A DNA stretch of 64,000 nt from an uncultured beta proteobacterium (lineage in GTDB: Bacteria > Pseudomonadota > Gammaproteobacteria > Burkholderiales > Burkholderiaceae_C): assembly GCA_903864505.1 (NCBI GenBank), contig CAIPGC010000103.1, positions 97 to 64,096 on the forward strand. The letters run 5' to 3'. The position numbers and the translations under genes are program-made. Of the stretch, positions 30,101 through 38,294 are shown piece by piece. Under the pieces are notes generated by a model. That model worked only from the letters and a program-made list of their open reading frames with translations. It was not told the DNA's origin and searched no databases. Each line of letters opens with the position of its first letter. Within the stretch, counting starts at the first letter, position 1.

Positions 30101-33100
30101 ACCCCGGCCATGCGAGACAAAGCGGCCAATGGGTTGCCAATGTTCAACCGTGGCCAAAACGACTTGCTCACGAACTACGACCGTGAAGAGGCGCTGAAGA
30201 AGCAGCAATCCGAAGCCGACGCACTCAAGCAAGAGAACAAGCCAGCGTCCAAGCCACGGCAGCCGGTCTACACGGCAGACCAGATTGACCTCTTCAACCC
30301 TCAGAGTTCGCTGTTTGCCAAAGGCTTGCAGATGGACGAAGAGGCATTCCGCAAGGCTTTTGGATCTTCTGGACCGGTGCAAATGACGGTCGACCAGGTG
30401 CAGCGCATTACGAACAGCCTGACGAAGGATTGGACGAACGGGCCAAAGATCGTTGTCGTCAACTCGACCGCAGACCTTCCCGTCAAGTCTCCAGCGGACG
30501 CCCGGGGTCTGTACTGGCGCGGCACGGTGTACTTGGTGGCCAGTGCACATGCCTCCACTGGGATGCTTGCAAGAACGCTGGCCCATGAATCAGTGGCCCA
30601 TTACGGGCTCAGGAAGATGCTTGGGGATGCCGGCTGGTACAAGCTGATGACCAATGTTCAATTGGCTCTGGCTTCTGGAAACAAACCTTTGAACGCGATT
30701 CGCGCGGAAGTGCGCAAAGCCTACGCCGACAAAGACGGTGTTTTCAGGCTTGGAAAGAACCAGGAAGCCGACGAAGTTGCGGCGCGCGCAGTGGAAAACG
30801 CGATTGATGCAGCAACTGGAGAATTCAGGCCCGGGTATTCATTCCTAAAAGAAGCCTATGCAAAGATTGCGCAATTCCTGCGTGACCATGGAATCCCGGT
30901 CAAGTTCACGAACCTCGAACTGCAGGGCATGCTGGTTGCATCGTCGAAGTGGCTGAAGGAAGGTAGTCCAACCCAAGTTGCAAATGGAGCCGCAGTCCCC
31001 GCCTACGCGCTTGGGGAGAAAACAAAATCCAATAATGTGTCTGGCGTACTCAGCGACCGAGAGTTGGCTGACCTTCACAGCAGGATCATGGCTACTCCAG
31101 AAATCGAGGTAACGACATCCGGCCTGCTTGCGGATGGTTCATACAAAGAACTGCGAAAGAATTCAGTTGAGTCCTACACTGGCCCGCAAGTTATCGTGAA
31201 CTACGAAACAGGGGAGAGCATAAAGATTGCCAAGAGCGGAATAGAGAACGCATTGCAGCATGGCATGAACCTAGAGAAGCGCGCTGTAGTCAGGGTTTTG
31301 GATAAATTGATCGAGAATGCTGCGCTTGTGGTGCGCGACACAAAAAACATGAAGCAGGGCGTAAAGTCGATCGAGACGTTCGCGTCGCGTGTGTCTGTAG
31401 ATGGGAAGCCCTATGTCGCGCGTATCGTTGTCCGAGAGCTTGCAGACGGCAGAAGGTTCTATGACCATGAACTTTCGAACCTAGAAAGCGAAAGGCTCGC
31501 TGGTAACTCCGGGGGATCGATCGAATCATTCTCCGACCGTCATTCTGAACCCCAGCCCACAGCAAGCCTTGGGCGAATTGTGCTGCAACAGGCATTGGAA
31601 GTCAACAACGGCACCTTCGCCCGCAGCGCACCCACCGGTGAACTTCGCCCGAGCACGGCGCCCCTGGACACCATCCTCCGCGTATTCGGCGGCAATCTGG
31701 CCGCGCGCATCACTTCGCCGGCTTATGGATGGTTGGCTCGCACGCTTGACGCAATCACTCCAGAAACCCTGAAAGCAGGCCTTGTGTCGGACTACGGACT
31801 CCGAAATGAGTACCTGGACCGCAAGCAGGAAATGAAGACGGCGCAGCGCCAGCACGCGCGCCACCTGGGTGATGTGATTGATGGCCTCCAGAACCTCGAC
31901 CGCCAGCAATCCCGCGTTGCGTACTTCTGGATGCAGGAGCACCCAAGCCACGAGGCAGAGGCCAAGCTGATGGAGCAACTGCCCCAAGAGAGCAGGGCGA
32001 CGCTGGAAGCACTGAAAGACCAGATCGACAAGCTGGGCCAGGAAGCCGTCAAACTTGGGTTGATCACCGCAGAAACCATAGACCGCAACCGATTTGCATA
32101 TTTGCATAGGTCCTACAAGCGCTACGAAATGGAAGACGGATCTTCGGTCAAGGGCGCCCGGTCACGCGCAATCAAGATCCTGGGAGACCAATTTAAAGGC
32201 CGCGGGCTCAGAGACGATGCCGACATGGCCAAGATCGCCGCGCTGGACTGGTACAAGCGCAAGACCCAAGAAGGCAAGGCTGATGTGAGCCTGAAAGGCA
32301 TCATGTTCCACCGGCTGGAGCGCCGGTCGACGCCGGATCTGTCAACGCCGGACATGATTGGCGACGCATCAAGAAAACTCGGGAAGCTGCGCGAAATCAA
32401 GTATTGGCCAGTGAGCGAGCCTATTCCCCTGCACTTGTCCGACTGGAGAAACGATGGCCAGTGGGAGGCCAGGTTCTTCGACAAGTCTGGCAAAGTGGGG
32501 ATGTGGCGCGACTTCACGCTGGAAGAGCGCACCGCCATGGGCGAGATTCAGGAAGTGCGATACGGCGTGGCAAAGACCATCATGCAGATGTCGCGCGACG
32601 TTGAAACGGCCAGGTTCCTCGACTGGATTGCAAGAAATGAGGCTGTCGGCCATGAATCCATGTTGCCGGAAGACGCTATTGCCTTGGAAAGCGCCAGCAC
32701 CAGCCTTGGGCGAGCCTACAAGACGAACGAATGGGTTCAGGTGCCCGCCAGTGCCATACCCGGTACTGCAGGGCTTAAACGCTTCGGGAACCTTGCCGGC
32801 CGCTGGGTGCCCGGGCCGGTGTGGAATGACCTACGGCAGATCGCGACCATCAACGACCAGGACGTTATTAGCAAGGTGTATGGCCCCATGCTCAGGGCTT
32901 GGAAGATCTCCAAGACTGCACTGAGCCCCGCCACGCACATGAACAACGTGATGGCGAACTTTGTGATGGCCGACGCCCACGACATCCAAGCCAAGCACAT
33001 GCTGACTGCGCTCAGGACGTACCGCAGCTACAAGACCAACGAAGTCGGAAAAGAACTGATGGATGCGTTTTTGGACAACGGTGGAGACGCCGGCATGTTC

Positions 33101-34300
33101 AACACGGAAGAGATCAAGAGCGAGATCTTCGAGCCATTGCTGAAACAGTTGGAAGACGATCTCAACTCGAACGCCAACAAGACGACCCGGTTGATGATGG
33201 CAACGCACGTAATTGGCTTGCTCAAAGCGAAGGAGTTCCGCCAAGCCTTTGCGATGATTGGGGAAACCAAGACAGCAAAACAGGCCGGAGTCCCATTCAA
33301 GAAGCTGATCAAGCTCTATGGCCAGGAAGACGAAATGTTCCGCCTTGCCGCCTTCATCAAGGCCCGCGAAGATGGATTGAGCGACCACGACGCCGGGAAG
33401 TTTGCCAGGGAGTCGTTCCTGAACTACGAGATCAACGCTCCATGGATTGCTGCTTTACGCAAATCGGCAATGCCATTCATTGCATTCACGTACCGTGCGG
33501 CGCCAATGATGGCAAAGGTGGCTTCCGAGCGCCCATGGAAACTCGCCAAGTGGATGATGGTGGCCGGCGCCTTGAATGCACTGGGCTACCTGATGTCAGG
33601 CGGTGACGAGGACAAAGAGCGCGCCTTCATGCCTGACGAGAAGAGCGGCCGGGTATGGGGGATCGTGCCGAAGTTGATCCGCATGCCGTGGAACGACACC
33701 AATAAGCAGCCGGTGTTTCTGGACATCCGGCGCTGGATACCGGTGGGCGATATGGTTGACACAGGCCAAAGCCACGCAGCGGTACCGGTGCCGCCGCCAT
33801 TGATGCCGGGTGGGCCTGTTGTGATCCTGGGCGAACTGATAGCCAACACATCACTTTTCACCGGCCAGAACATCACCAAGGCGACGGATACGCTTTCCGA
33901 GAAATGGGGTAAGGCAGTGGGGTACTTGTGGAAAGCGGCCATGCCAAACATGCTGGGACTTCCAGGAACGTATGCCTCCGATGCAGTGATGAACGCTGGA
34001 TCCGGTAAAACCGACACCTTTGGCCGGGAACAGTCTTTGCCCATGGCTGTAAGTTCATCCTTTGGCGTGAAGCTGGCAAGCTACCCGCAAGATGTGTTGA
34101 TCCAGAACGAAGCCCGGAAACTGTCAGCAGAAATCGGGGAGCTTCGCCGCGGATTGCGTAGCGACTCACGCCAGTTGGCCCGAAAAGGCATCGACCAGGA
34201 AGACATGGACAAGAAGACCGCCACAATGCAAGAAAAGATCAAAGAGCGCACCGACGAGTTCAACAAGAAAAAGAAGGCAGCAGGGATGGTGCAGGATTGA
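24125..34300 (+). CDS. Giant polyvalent DarB-like virion protein: SF2 helicase + N6-adenine methyltransferase + zincin + LPD-type domains
   Basis: Walker A NGTGTGKT (~25430), DEAH (25688), SATP, QQEGRIYR; MTase YFATP / LEPSAGHG / NPPF (27578); EEIQSD (~29230); HESVAH (30584). Confidence 0.88.
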   Translation: MGSLTACLKKAGTSLRAEDKSAILALSRQYRSEGLSPNDAAMKAIDTQLSAVGKMIEQEQAPKKVDLFGEAPNASQQAAEDLRQKQKKKEQAQRDRAPTANDFDLGMVDQKTGDEVAPGQAEIAVNEDEAKAKADLMNALADLGSLLSAPGRMNIAPEQEQKLLPILTRLFDAAFRLGYTKFKDAAKFALDQIKAALGQETANSIDLNHLQGAYIAMSGGKTGADNIRTVSTIESKSEVENHTAQTDNQRKEQLNVPSANASVERHSPQPATEPAVGQAVSDELRATGGEPSQAGGRTDRGAGSGQLDGVGLSSGGAATARERGDQRVHRRDGELELASITSGDQFGERGSDVGIRGIPPEPISTKQVRETAESFDDRIIKGREQKAAASIKPIDGDLQNIRDTLPQLLPAQQDDVHKAETRFAKPNGFGMLFTNGTGTGKTFSGLGIIKRFELKGKKNAIILAPDDKIAADWIKAGKLLGLDITKLADTKDSGKGIVITTYANFGANDKTASRQWDLVVADEAHSLMQEAHGTPTGYLHNLRAITYHPDGVHTRHSMLHREEIERSAFLHREIKANNKIMSNDDTMDAMVSSLRSENEKLEAEVSKIDAKLRADLDALKDEVHNRQSTRPRLVALSATPFAYEKTIDWANGYLFEYNDGQPSEEREFRGYNSGSNRDRYFMQHFGYTMRYNKLTEPDGSKVDRGLLQRNWNANLKKAGSLSGRMLDVVPDYDRRFVTVDSAIGHRIDEALEWISKQRQDAPKGDEGFSMLSEVINDKFKYLQKRYLLEAIKATEVIPIVKQHLALNRKVVVFHDYKKGGGFNPFSISIGTAKSEEPNQQARIESFRKAVTAFNTEFKDLVEAPLGDMDSPIEVFARELPQTMFINGDEKKSDLLQRYEKFQDDASGPQVMLVQSAKNKGWSGHDTTGKHQRVLINLGQPTAPTLAIQQEGRIYRTGQASDAIMRYLNTGTNWERWTFASTIAGRASTAENLGMGEMARALKDSFIQSFDESDAYPPGHEGEGKGGKERDKAANDALTEYDRAKTYYWATQKKNSKTKAQEGADYFATPEPVGLKMVEWLDARPEEDTLEPSAGHGAISRWLPDVTKRTVVEPSLALRSRLALVMNPNEDRIIAGTFEELGVNNKYDGIVMNPPFGSGGKTAIDHLAKAATHLRDGGRIVALIPTGPAADKKFEKWFYEESERKAAPLYVDPNHGPIYKGDTLTLTGFGTLKKIVVDKVDGSGAAKYVRDANTPPNGAINITAINKVDPTGKRTEQVKMAEGLSLVADIKLPQVTFERAGTGVATRIVVIEKSNEWNTGGVYNRDFTGITTVADLFDSLEHMALPDRAKKEAASEVKAEPSKPEPKPEAPSVKLGDMVTLMGKKYEVTTYTTNAGKELKGAWVPTKAVALYNGARSTFQVKGKGFFVRERDFPKDADSIDSPMMARGGQTSEPFYSALSKGIEGIKSNSAPGLGWLDAIKGLVNKGQVKADEVEWSGVGDWLKLQTGKVSKAQVLEYLAANGVQIKEVTLGEVDEGLLEAFLGDEAGEGFTREEAIEVLKGEEGATPTKYDRYQLPGGTNYREVLLTLPVQGPKFDPSKVVVKRIRQSVTQGSVQIYYDGEKIGRQYADEGTPKTNYMRPESEWVDTAKRLFESGETLPDGRVVSKGKTGAYKSSHWDQPNVLAHIRVNDRTDAEGKRVLFVEEIQSDWGQDGKKTGFRQKLDVAGIESRTQAITARLREIAKTVEGNPALEEEWNRLSDEKSKLTDSLVRSNDGAPVAPFVQKTEGWLNLALKRIIKIAVDEGYDKVAFINGDQSAERYDLSKHIKEFRYEPIKGTDKYEIGAVDINGQNVLDEDEVTLARIEELVGKEIASKVERKEGAKDKDGYRDWHYLRGLDLKVGGTGMKAFYDQIVPSVAKDVLKKVGGGALETVQIGSKESGKWGVYDATDEDNQGLIESFPSKAQAEEFAKEQDGGVEVRQVPEYGAQTGFTITPAMRDKAANGLPMFNRGQNDLLTNYDREEALKKQQSEADALKQENKPASKPRQPVYTADQIDLFNPQSSLFAKGLQMDEEAFRKAFGSSGPVQMTVDQVQRITNSLTKDWTNGPKIVVVNSTADLPVKSPADARGLYWRGTVYLVASAHASTGMLARTLAHESVAHYGLRKMLGDAGWYKLMTNVQLALASGNKPLNAIRAEVRKAYADKDGVFRLGKNQEADEVAARAVENAIDAATGEFRPGYSFLKEAYAKIAQFLRDHGIPVKFTNLELQGMLVASSKWLKEGSPTQVANGAAVPAYALGEKTKSNNVSGVLSDRELADLHSRIMATPEIEVTTSGLLADGSYKELRKNSVESYTGPQVIVNYETGESIKIAKSGIENALQHGMNLEKRAVVRVLDKLIENAALVVRDTKNMKQGVKSIETFASRVSVDGKPYVARIVVRELADGRRFYDHELSNLESERLAGNSGGSIESFSDRHSEPQPTASLGRIVLQQALEVNNGTFARSAPTGELRPSTAPLDTILRVFGGNLAARITSPAYGWLARTLDAITPETLKAGLVSDYGLRNEYLDRKQEMKTAQRQHARHLGDVIDGLQNLDRQQSRVAYFWMQEHPSHEAEAKLMEQLPQESRATLEALKDQIDKLGQEAVKLGLITAETIDRNRFAYLHRSYKRYEMEDGSSVKGARSRAIKILGDQFKGRGLRDDADMAKIAALDWYKRKTQEGKADVSLKGIMFHRLERRSTPDLSTPDMIGDASRKLGKLREIKYWPVSEPIPLHLSDWRNDGQWEARFFDKSGKVGMWRDFTLEERTAMGEIQEVRYGVAKTIMQMSRDVETARFLDWIARNEAVGHESMLPEDAIALESASTSLGRAYKTNEWVQVPASAIPGTAGLKRFGNLAGRWVPGPVWNDLRQIATINDQDVISKVYGPMLRAWKISKTALSPATHMNNVMANFVMADAHDIQAKHMLTALRTYRSYKTNEVGKELMDAFLDNGGDAGMFNTEEIKSEIFEPLLKQLEDDLNSNANKTTRLMMATHVIGLLKAKEFRQAFAMIGETKTAKQAGVPFKKLIKLYGQEDEMFRLAAFIKAREDGLSDHDAGKFARESFLNYEINAPWIAALRKSAMPFIAFTYRAAPMMAKVASERPWKLAKWMMVAGALNALGYLMSGGDEDKERAFMPDEKSGRVWGIVPKLIRMPWNDTNKQPVFLDIRRWIPVGDMVDTGQSHAAVPVPPPLMPGGPVVILGELIANTSLFTGQNITKATDTLSEKWGKAVGYLWKAAMPNMLGLPGTYASDAVMNAGSGKTDTFGREQSLPMAVSSSFGVKLASYPQDVLIQNEARKLSAEIGELRRGLRSDSRQLARKGIDQEDMDKKTATMQEKIKERTDEFNKKKKAAGMVQD

Positions 34301-34343
34301 TCAGATACGGTTGGCGATCGTCTCCGGCGCCTGGAAACACGTC

Positions 34344-35309
34344 CTATAGCCGATTTGCTATATTTTCTGGAGATTCTCTAAAATACCGCATCAACATATT
34401 CACGTCCTTGTGCTGGCTGATTCTGGCCAGCGTCTTTAAGTCCACCCGGGCGGCGAGCATCGTCAACGCGAACGCCCGGGAGTCATGGAAAGTGAAGTCT
34501 CCCGCCATGGTCCCGTCGCGCGCCTTGCGGAACAATGCATCAAGATTCGCAGCGTCGATTGTGAAGTTCGCCAGCCTGCACACCTTCAGCGCCCTGCGGG
34601 TGATGGGGATCTGAGCGAGCTTCATGGTCTTTGTCTTGACTCGAATCACGCGAGTTTCGACATTCAGGGTTTCCGTGTTCACACGCAGGATCTCGGACGC
34701 TCGCAAGCTGGTATGCAGGCCAATCATGAATGCCAGGGCTACTTGCTGGTAATCAGTCTCTGGCGCCTTGCCAGGGCGGTATCCAAGGAAACGCAGGATT
34801 GCAACGATCCTTTTCCAGCCCCATAGCGCGGTTCTTGCGTCGTTTTCCTTTGGCATTTCCACCCCCTTAAATGGGTCGTGGTCCATCCATTTCCACTCGT
34901 CCCTTGCTTTGGTGAACACGTTGCGCAATAAATTGCGCTCTCTCTGCACGGTGCTACCGATGACCGACCGGTGATCTTTGTCGCCATTGATGCGAAAGTC
35001 TCGCCATGCAGCTATTTCTGGTTGGCGTATGTCAGACAAACGAACGTCCCCAAAGTGGGTAAGCATGGCATCCAGGCGCAGCCTCTCCCATTTCTCCCCG
35101 TCCTTCTTGCTGGAGACTTCCGATAGGTAGCGTGCTATCGCCTGGGAGAACAGCTTCCCTCCCACGAAACTCCCATTGCGCATTTCAGTCTCGCGCATTG
35201 CAGCCCACTGCTGCGCTTCGCGCTTGGATTCGAACACTTTTGAGTCGCGCTCACCCTTCACAGTGAGTTGGACGCGCCATCCCTTTGGATGGGGAAGAAT
35301 AGATGCCAT
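34344..35309 (-). CDS. int: Tyrosine integrase
   Basis: Catalytic R (SLRASE), HDSR, H (SQHK) and Y (MRYF); N-terminal arm-binding-like segment. Confidence 0.93.
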   Translation of the reverse strand: MASILPHPKGWRVQLTVKGERDSKVFESKREAQQWAAMRETEMRNGSFVGGKLFSQAIARYLSEVSSKKDGEKWERLRLDAMLTHFGDVRLSDIRQPEIAAWRDFRINGDKDHRSVIGSTVQRERNLLRNVFTKARDEWKWMDHDPFKGVEMPKENDARTALWGWKRIVAILRFLGYRPGKAPETDYQQVALAFMIGLHTSLRASEILRVNTETLNVETRVIRVKTKTMKLAQIPITRRALKVCRLANFTIDAANLDALFRKARDGTMAGDFTFHDSRAFALTMLAARVDLKTLARISQHKDVNMLMRYFRESPENIANRL

Positions 35310-35535
35310 GGGAGAACCAGTGCGTTGACCGTGGGAGAAAGTTTTTCCGAATTTTCCCGCTTCATTGGGAAATCACAGAAATCATTCTGCTCTAGGTTTG
35401 CTCTGTATTTCTTACGTTTTCCCTCTGAAAAGGAAAAATAAAGCAGAAAATCTGAGAAATTCTGGTGCCCGAGGCCGGAATCGCGTAGCTATAGAAATCG
35501 AAAGTTTGGGAGAGTTATGCGTTTTTCTGCTCCCA
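35309..35535. repeat. Putative integrase arm-type sites TGGGAG(A)
   Basis: TGGGAGAA at 35309 and 35332, TGGGAGAG at 35507, inverted copy ~35530-35535, flanking the core. Confidence 0.6.
35463..35483 (-). other. attP core identical to a tRNA 3' end (Leu-type, CGATTCCGGCCTCGGGCACCA)
   Basis: T-arm half, acceptor stem and ACCA end, 154 bp upstream of int. The rest of the tRNA is absent. Confidence 0.88.
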
Positions 35536-35736
35536 CTTCACCAGTTCGATTCGATTCCACTTTCCGGAACGTCGAAACGGAATCCGACCATCGCGCTCCA
35601 TGTTATTCAGCGTCTTGGGAGTGCATGCGTACCGCGCGCACATTTCGCTTGTGGTAACCCATGGGGATAGATTGGCGATAAGCATTGCGAATTCGTGCCG
35701 CAAGCTGCGCAGTTCTGTTATTGCTTCGTCAGTCAT
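35515..35736 (-). CDS. xis: Excisionase / AlpA-like HTH protein
   Basis: WVTTSEMCARYACTPKTLNNMERDGRIP winged-HTH, next to attP. Confidence 0.65.
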   Translation of the reverse strand: MTDEAITELRSLRHEFAMLIANLSPWVTTSEMCARYACTPKTLNNMERDGRIPFRRSGKWNRIELVKWEQKNA

Positions 35737-36005
35737 GTTGGCTCCTTGCGAGACCTTGGTTCCGGAACATTCTTGAATGCTGTGATTCCTGCCTTGGCGT
35801 ATATCCTCTTTGCAGCATCTGGAACACTCTGGTGCACTTGACGCGGGAATCGTTCAAGAAGCCATTCCTTGCACTTTGAAAGGCTGTACGATTTGCGTCG
35901 AGACCCATCATTAGATACCGGCAATCCATTGATCTCCAGCCGCCTTATGGTGGACTCGCTGACGCCCAGTGCGGCACAGAGTTGCTGACGATTCATGTCG
36001 CTCAC
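35733..36005 (-). CDS. MerR/Nu1-like HTH DNA-binding protein
   Basis: MNRQQLCAALGVSESTIRRLEINGLP...YSLSKCKEW. Start is at 36005 (GTG) or 35996. Confidence 0.65.
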   Translation of the reverse strand: MSDMNRQQLCAALGVSESTIRRLEINGLPVSNDGSRRKSYSLSKCKEWLLERFPRQVHQSVPDAAKRIYAKAGITAFKNVPEPRSRKEPT

Positions 36006-36208
36006 ACAGCCTCCCGATGCTTTATTGTCTTGCCCGCCAGAGACTTCAGCCAAAGCCTCTCGTTGCGGTACTGATTCAGCAGGATCTCCCGCTGGTCAAT
36101 ATCTTGTTTCATTTCTCGCATGATCTGGCGTAGCGCATCTGAATGCTCAGGAAGCCCTTTATCTTCAAGTGCGAGGTGAATTTCCTCTAGCGTTGGTTCC
36201 TGCTTCAT
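36002..36208 (-). CDS. Hypothetical early protein
   Basis: Coupled 68-aa ORF in the early-left operon. Confidence 0.6.
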   Translation of the reverse strand: MKQEPTLEEIHLALEDKGLPEHSDALRQIMREMKQDIDQREILLNQYRNERLWLKSLAGKTIKHREAV

Positions 36209-36471
36209 GGTTCTATTTCCAATGCTCTGATAGCTCTTTCAATCATCGCCGGGGCTTGTCCCCAGTTGTGTTTCTCACACTCAGCAGCACACGCCTCGCG
36301 CATCTTCTCAGCGCACATCTCGCCGTAAACCTTCAGCGACTCCATTGATCGCTGCTGATCCTCTGCATCCAAGCAAAACAGTTCAATGATTTCCTCAAGC
36401 TCTTCGCAGCGGTTGTAGTAACGCACTGCAAGCTCAAGTGCTTTTGTTGCGTGTTCTTCAATAGGTGTCAT
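36205..36471 (-). CDS. Hypothetical early protein
   Basis: Coupled ORF; shares YGExCAEKMREACA with its neighbour. Confidence 0.6.
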   Translation of the reverse strand: MTPIEEHATKALELAVRYYNRCEELEEIIELFCLDAEDQQRSMESLKVYGEMCAEKMREACAAECEKHNWGQAPAMIERAIRALEIEP

Positions 36472-36722
36472 ACCTCAATCTCCAACAACTTAATGCACTT
36501 ACCAAACGTATGCAGCAACTCTGCGGTGTAAAGCTGTAACGCTCTATCCCCATTGATGCAGCTTAGATCAGCAGTAAGAATCAGGTCAGCACACGCCTCG
36601 CGCATCTTCTCAGCGCACAATTCCCCGTACTCGATCAACTGTGTCTCGTTGTGGCAGCGGGTTAATTGGTGCGTACCGTTGATGTAGACCATTGCTGGTT
36701 CTGGTAGTGGTGGCAAGGTCAT
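36468..36722 (-). CDS. Hypothetical early protein
   Basis: MTLPPLPEP start with ATGA overlap; shares a repeat with its neighbour. Confidence 0.6.
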   Translation of the reverse strand: MTLPPLPEPAMVYINGTHQLTRCHNETQLIEYGELCAEKMREACADLILTADLSCINGDRALQLYTAELLHTFGKCIKLLEIEV

Positions 36723-36931
36723 GCTTCTTTCCACTCCTGAGAAAGCGTGTCCCAGTAGACACGAACAAGATTTTCAATATGCCAACCTTGAATAATCTCA
36801 TCGTGTGGGTAGTTCAGTTTGTAATAGGCATCGCTCTTAACTGGCGCTACTGGAAACGCCTCCGTCGCACCAAGTTCTATCAACACATGAATGCGTCCAT
36901 CTTTCAGAACTCTTGTGTGTTTTAGTTTCAT
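36719..36931 (-). CDS. Hypothetical early protein
   Basis: Coupled 70-aa ORF. Confidence 0.6.
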   Translation of the reverse strand: MKLKHTRVLKDGRIHVLIELGATEAFPVAPVKSDAYYKLNYPHDEIIQGWHIENLVRVYWDTLSQEWKEA

Positions 36932-37809
36932 TTCGTCCCCCTCACATGGCGCTCAACTTCTTGCGGTAATCCACCGGGGCGATATGCAGTGTCTTCAGCG
37001 TTCCATTCGTCTGACCTACGCATACGAAACTGCGCTTGTGTATCAACGTCATTGACTACTTCAAAGTCATCTCCTGCGTACTTCACAACACGGTACTGCG
37101 CCTCATGCACCAATCCGCAGTCGCAGCACTTGATGAGGTACTTCTGTGGGTCAGGGCACACCCAATCAGACCAATCGCCTGCCGCATCAACTTCGTGCTT
37201 GGTGAAGGTGGGGTGCTCCACTGGCTCACCAGTCGTATGTGCAGCAGGACCAGCCACTGAAGGCTGCGCTTGTGCAGTGGAGACACCCCGAATGTGTTGC
37301 TCAATGTTCCGAGCAAATTCAATCACCTGTTCGTACTCAGCGTACTCGTCAAAGTGACCTGCTGCAATCTGCCATATCTGCGTATTGCTCAGTGGCGCGG
37401 GTGCTGCAAGAGTGGTGCAGGTAACAACGTCACCCGGTCCAGCTTCGATACGCAGAATAGTGCCGGGTTCAGACAGGAAGCCTTTGGTGCCAAACAGTTC
37501 TTCAGCGTAGTGTTTGCCGTTGATAGTGATAACGCCTTCTTGCGGCGCTGCTTCTTTCATCGCCACCATCTGCTTGTAGCTGTCCATGACGATGTTGCCT
37601 GTGGTCTCCTGCGGCGCGGCAAGTGCTTCTTTAATTGCGGCGATTGCTTTCTCGCACCGTTCCACATCTTCACGCTCTACCCTTGTCTTACGGGCTTTCA
37701 AGTCAATGTAGCCATCGTACAAATTCTCAAGGTCTTGCAGTGCATGTTGAGCGTATGGCAGTGTTTCCTCCAAAGCCTCCAGCGCCAGTTTCAATGCTTC
37801 TTTAGTCAT
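36928..37809 (-). CDS. Mosaic early protein (Eaa/Ead-like architecture)
   Basis: MTKEALKLALEAL start; segments separated by AAPQ-type linkers; CCDCGLVH motif. Confidence 0.6.
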   Translation of the reverse strand: MTKEALKLALEALEETLPYAQHALQDLENLYDGYIDLKARKTRVEREDVERCEKAIAAIKEALAAPQETTGNIVMDSYKQMVAMKEAAPQEGVITINGKHYAEELFGTKGFLSEPGTILRIEAGPGDVVTCTTLAAPAPLSNTQIWQIAAGHFDEYAEYEQVIEFARNIEQHIRGVSTAQAQPSVAGPAAHTTGEPVEHPTFTKHEVDAAGDWSDWVCPDPQKYLIKCCDCGLVHEAQYRVVKYAGDDFEVVNDVDTQAQFRMRRSDEWNAEDTAYRPGGLPQEVERHVRGTK

Positions 37810-38294
37810 GGCTGCACCACCCGTGAAAGTGTTGTCCTGATAATGTCCATTTGCCACAGCATAAACACTCTGTCGTTGCGTAAGGTTGCGACTTCTTCAC
37901 GCAGTAGCTTGTTCTCTGCCATGACTTGCTTTACGGTTTCAGAAGGCACATCACTTAACAAAAAAGTCTTGTCTGTGATGAGTGGCGAGCACTTCTTTAG
38001 CCCAACAATGTCAGACTTTAGTGACCTGTAGAAAGATACGTCGTCAATGTAAAACTCAAGCAACTTGAATGTTTCATCAATGTTTGCAAGCAAGTCTCCT
38101 AGACTTTTTGAAGATGATGCTTTCTTCTGGCGTTTTGTCTTAGCTTTAACAATGTTCGCGTCGTTGCACACTGAAACGGCGATTGGTTTTTGATCTTCTT
38201 CATACCCAAAGAAATCCACCATCCACGCATTTATTTCCGCACGGAATGCATCGGAAACATAGTCACCAGGGGAGAGTTGCATTTTAGGTTTCAT
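37806..38294 (-). CDS. Hypothetical early protein
   Basis: 162 aa; ATGA-coupled; AT-richer. Confidence 0.55.
   Translation of the reverse strand: MKPKMQLSPGDYVSDAFRAEINAWMVDFFGYEEDQKPIAVSVCNDANIVKAKTKRQKKASSSKSLGDLLANIDETFKLLEFYIDDVSFYRSLKSDIVGLKKCSPLITDKTFLLSDVPSETVKQVMAENKLLREEVATLRNDRVFMLWQMDIIRTTLSRVVQP

Noticed and set aside
35463-35483. Complete tRNA gene
   Set aside because: Only the last 21 nt match; D and anticodon arms are absent, so it is an att core.
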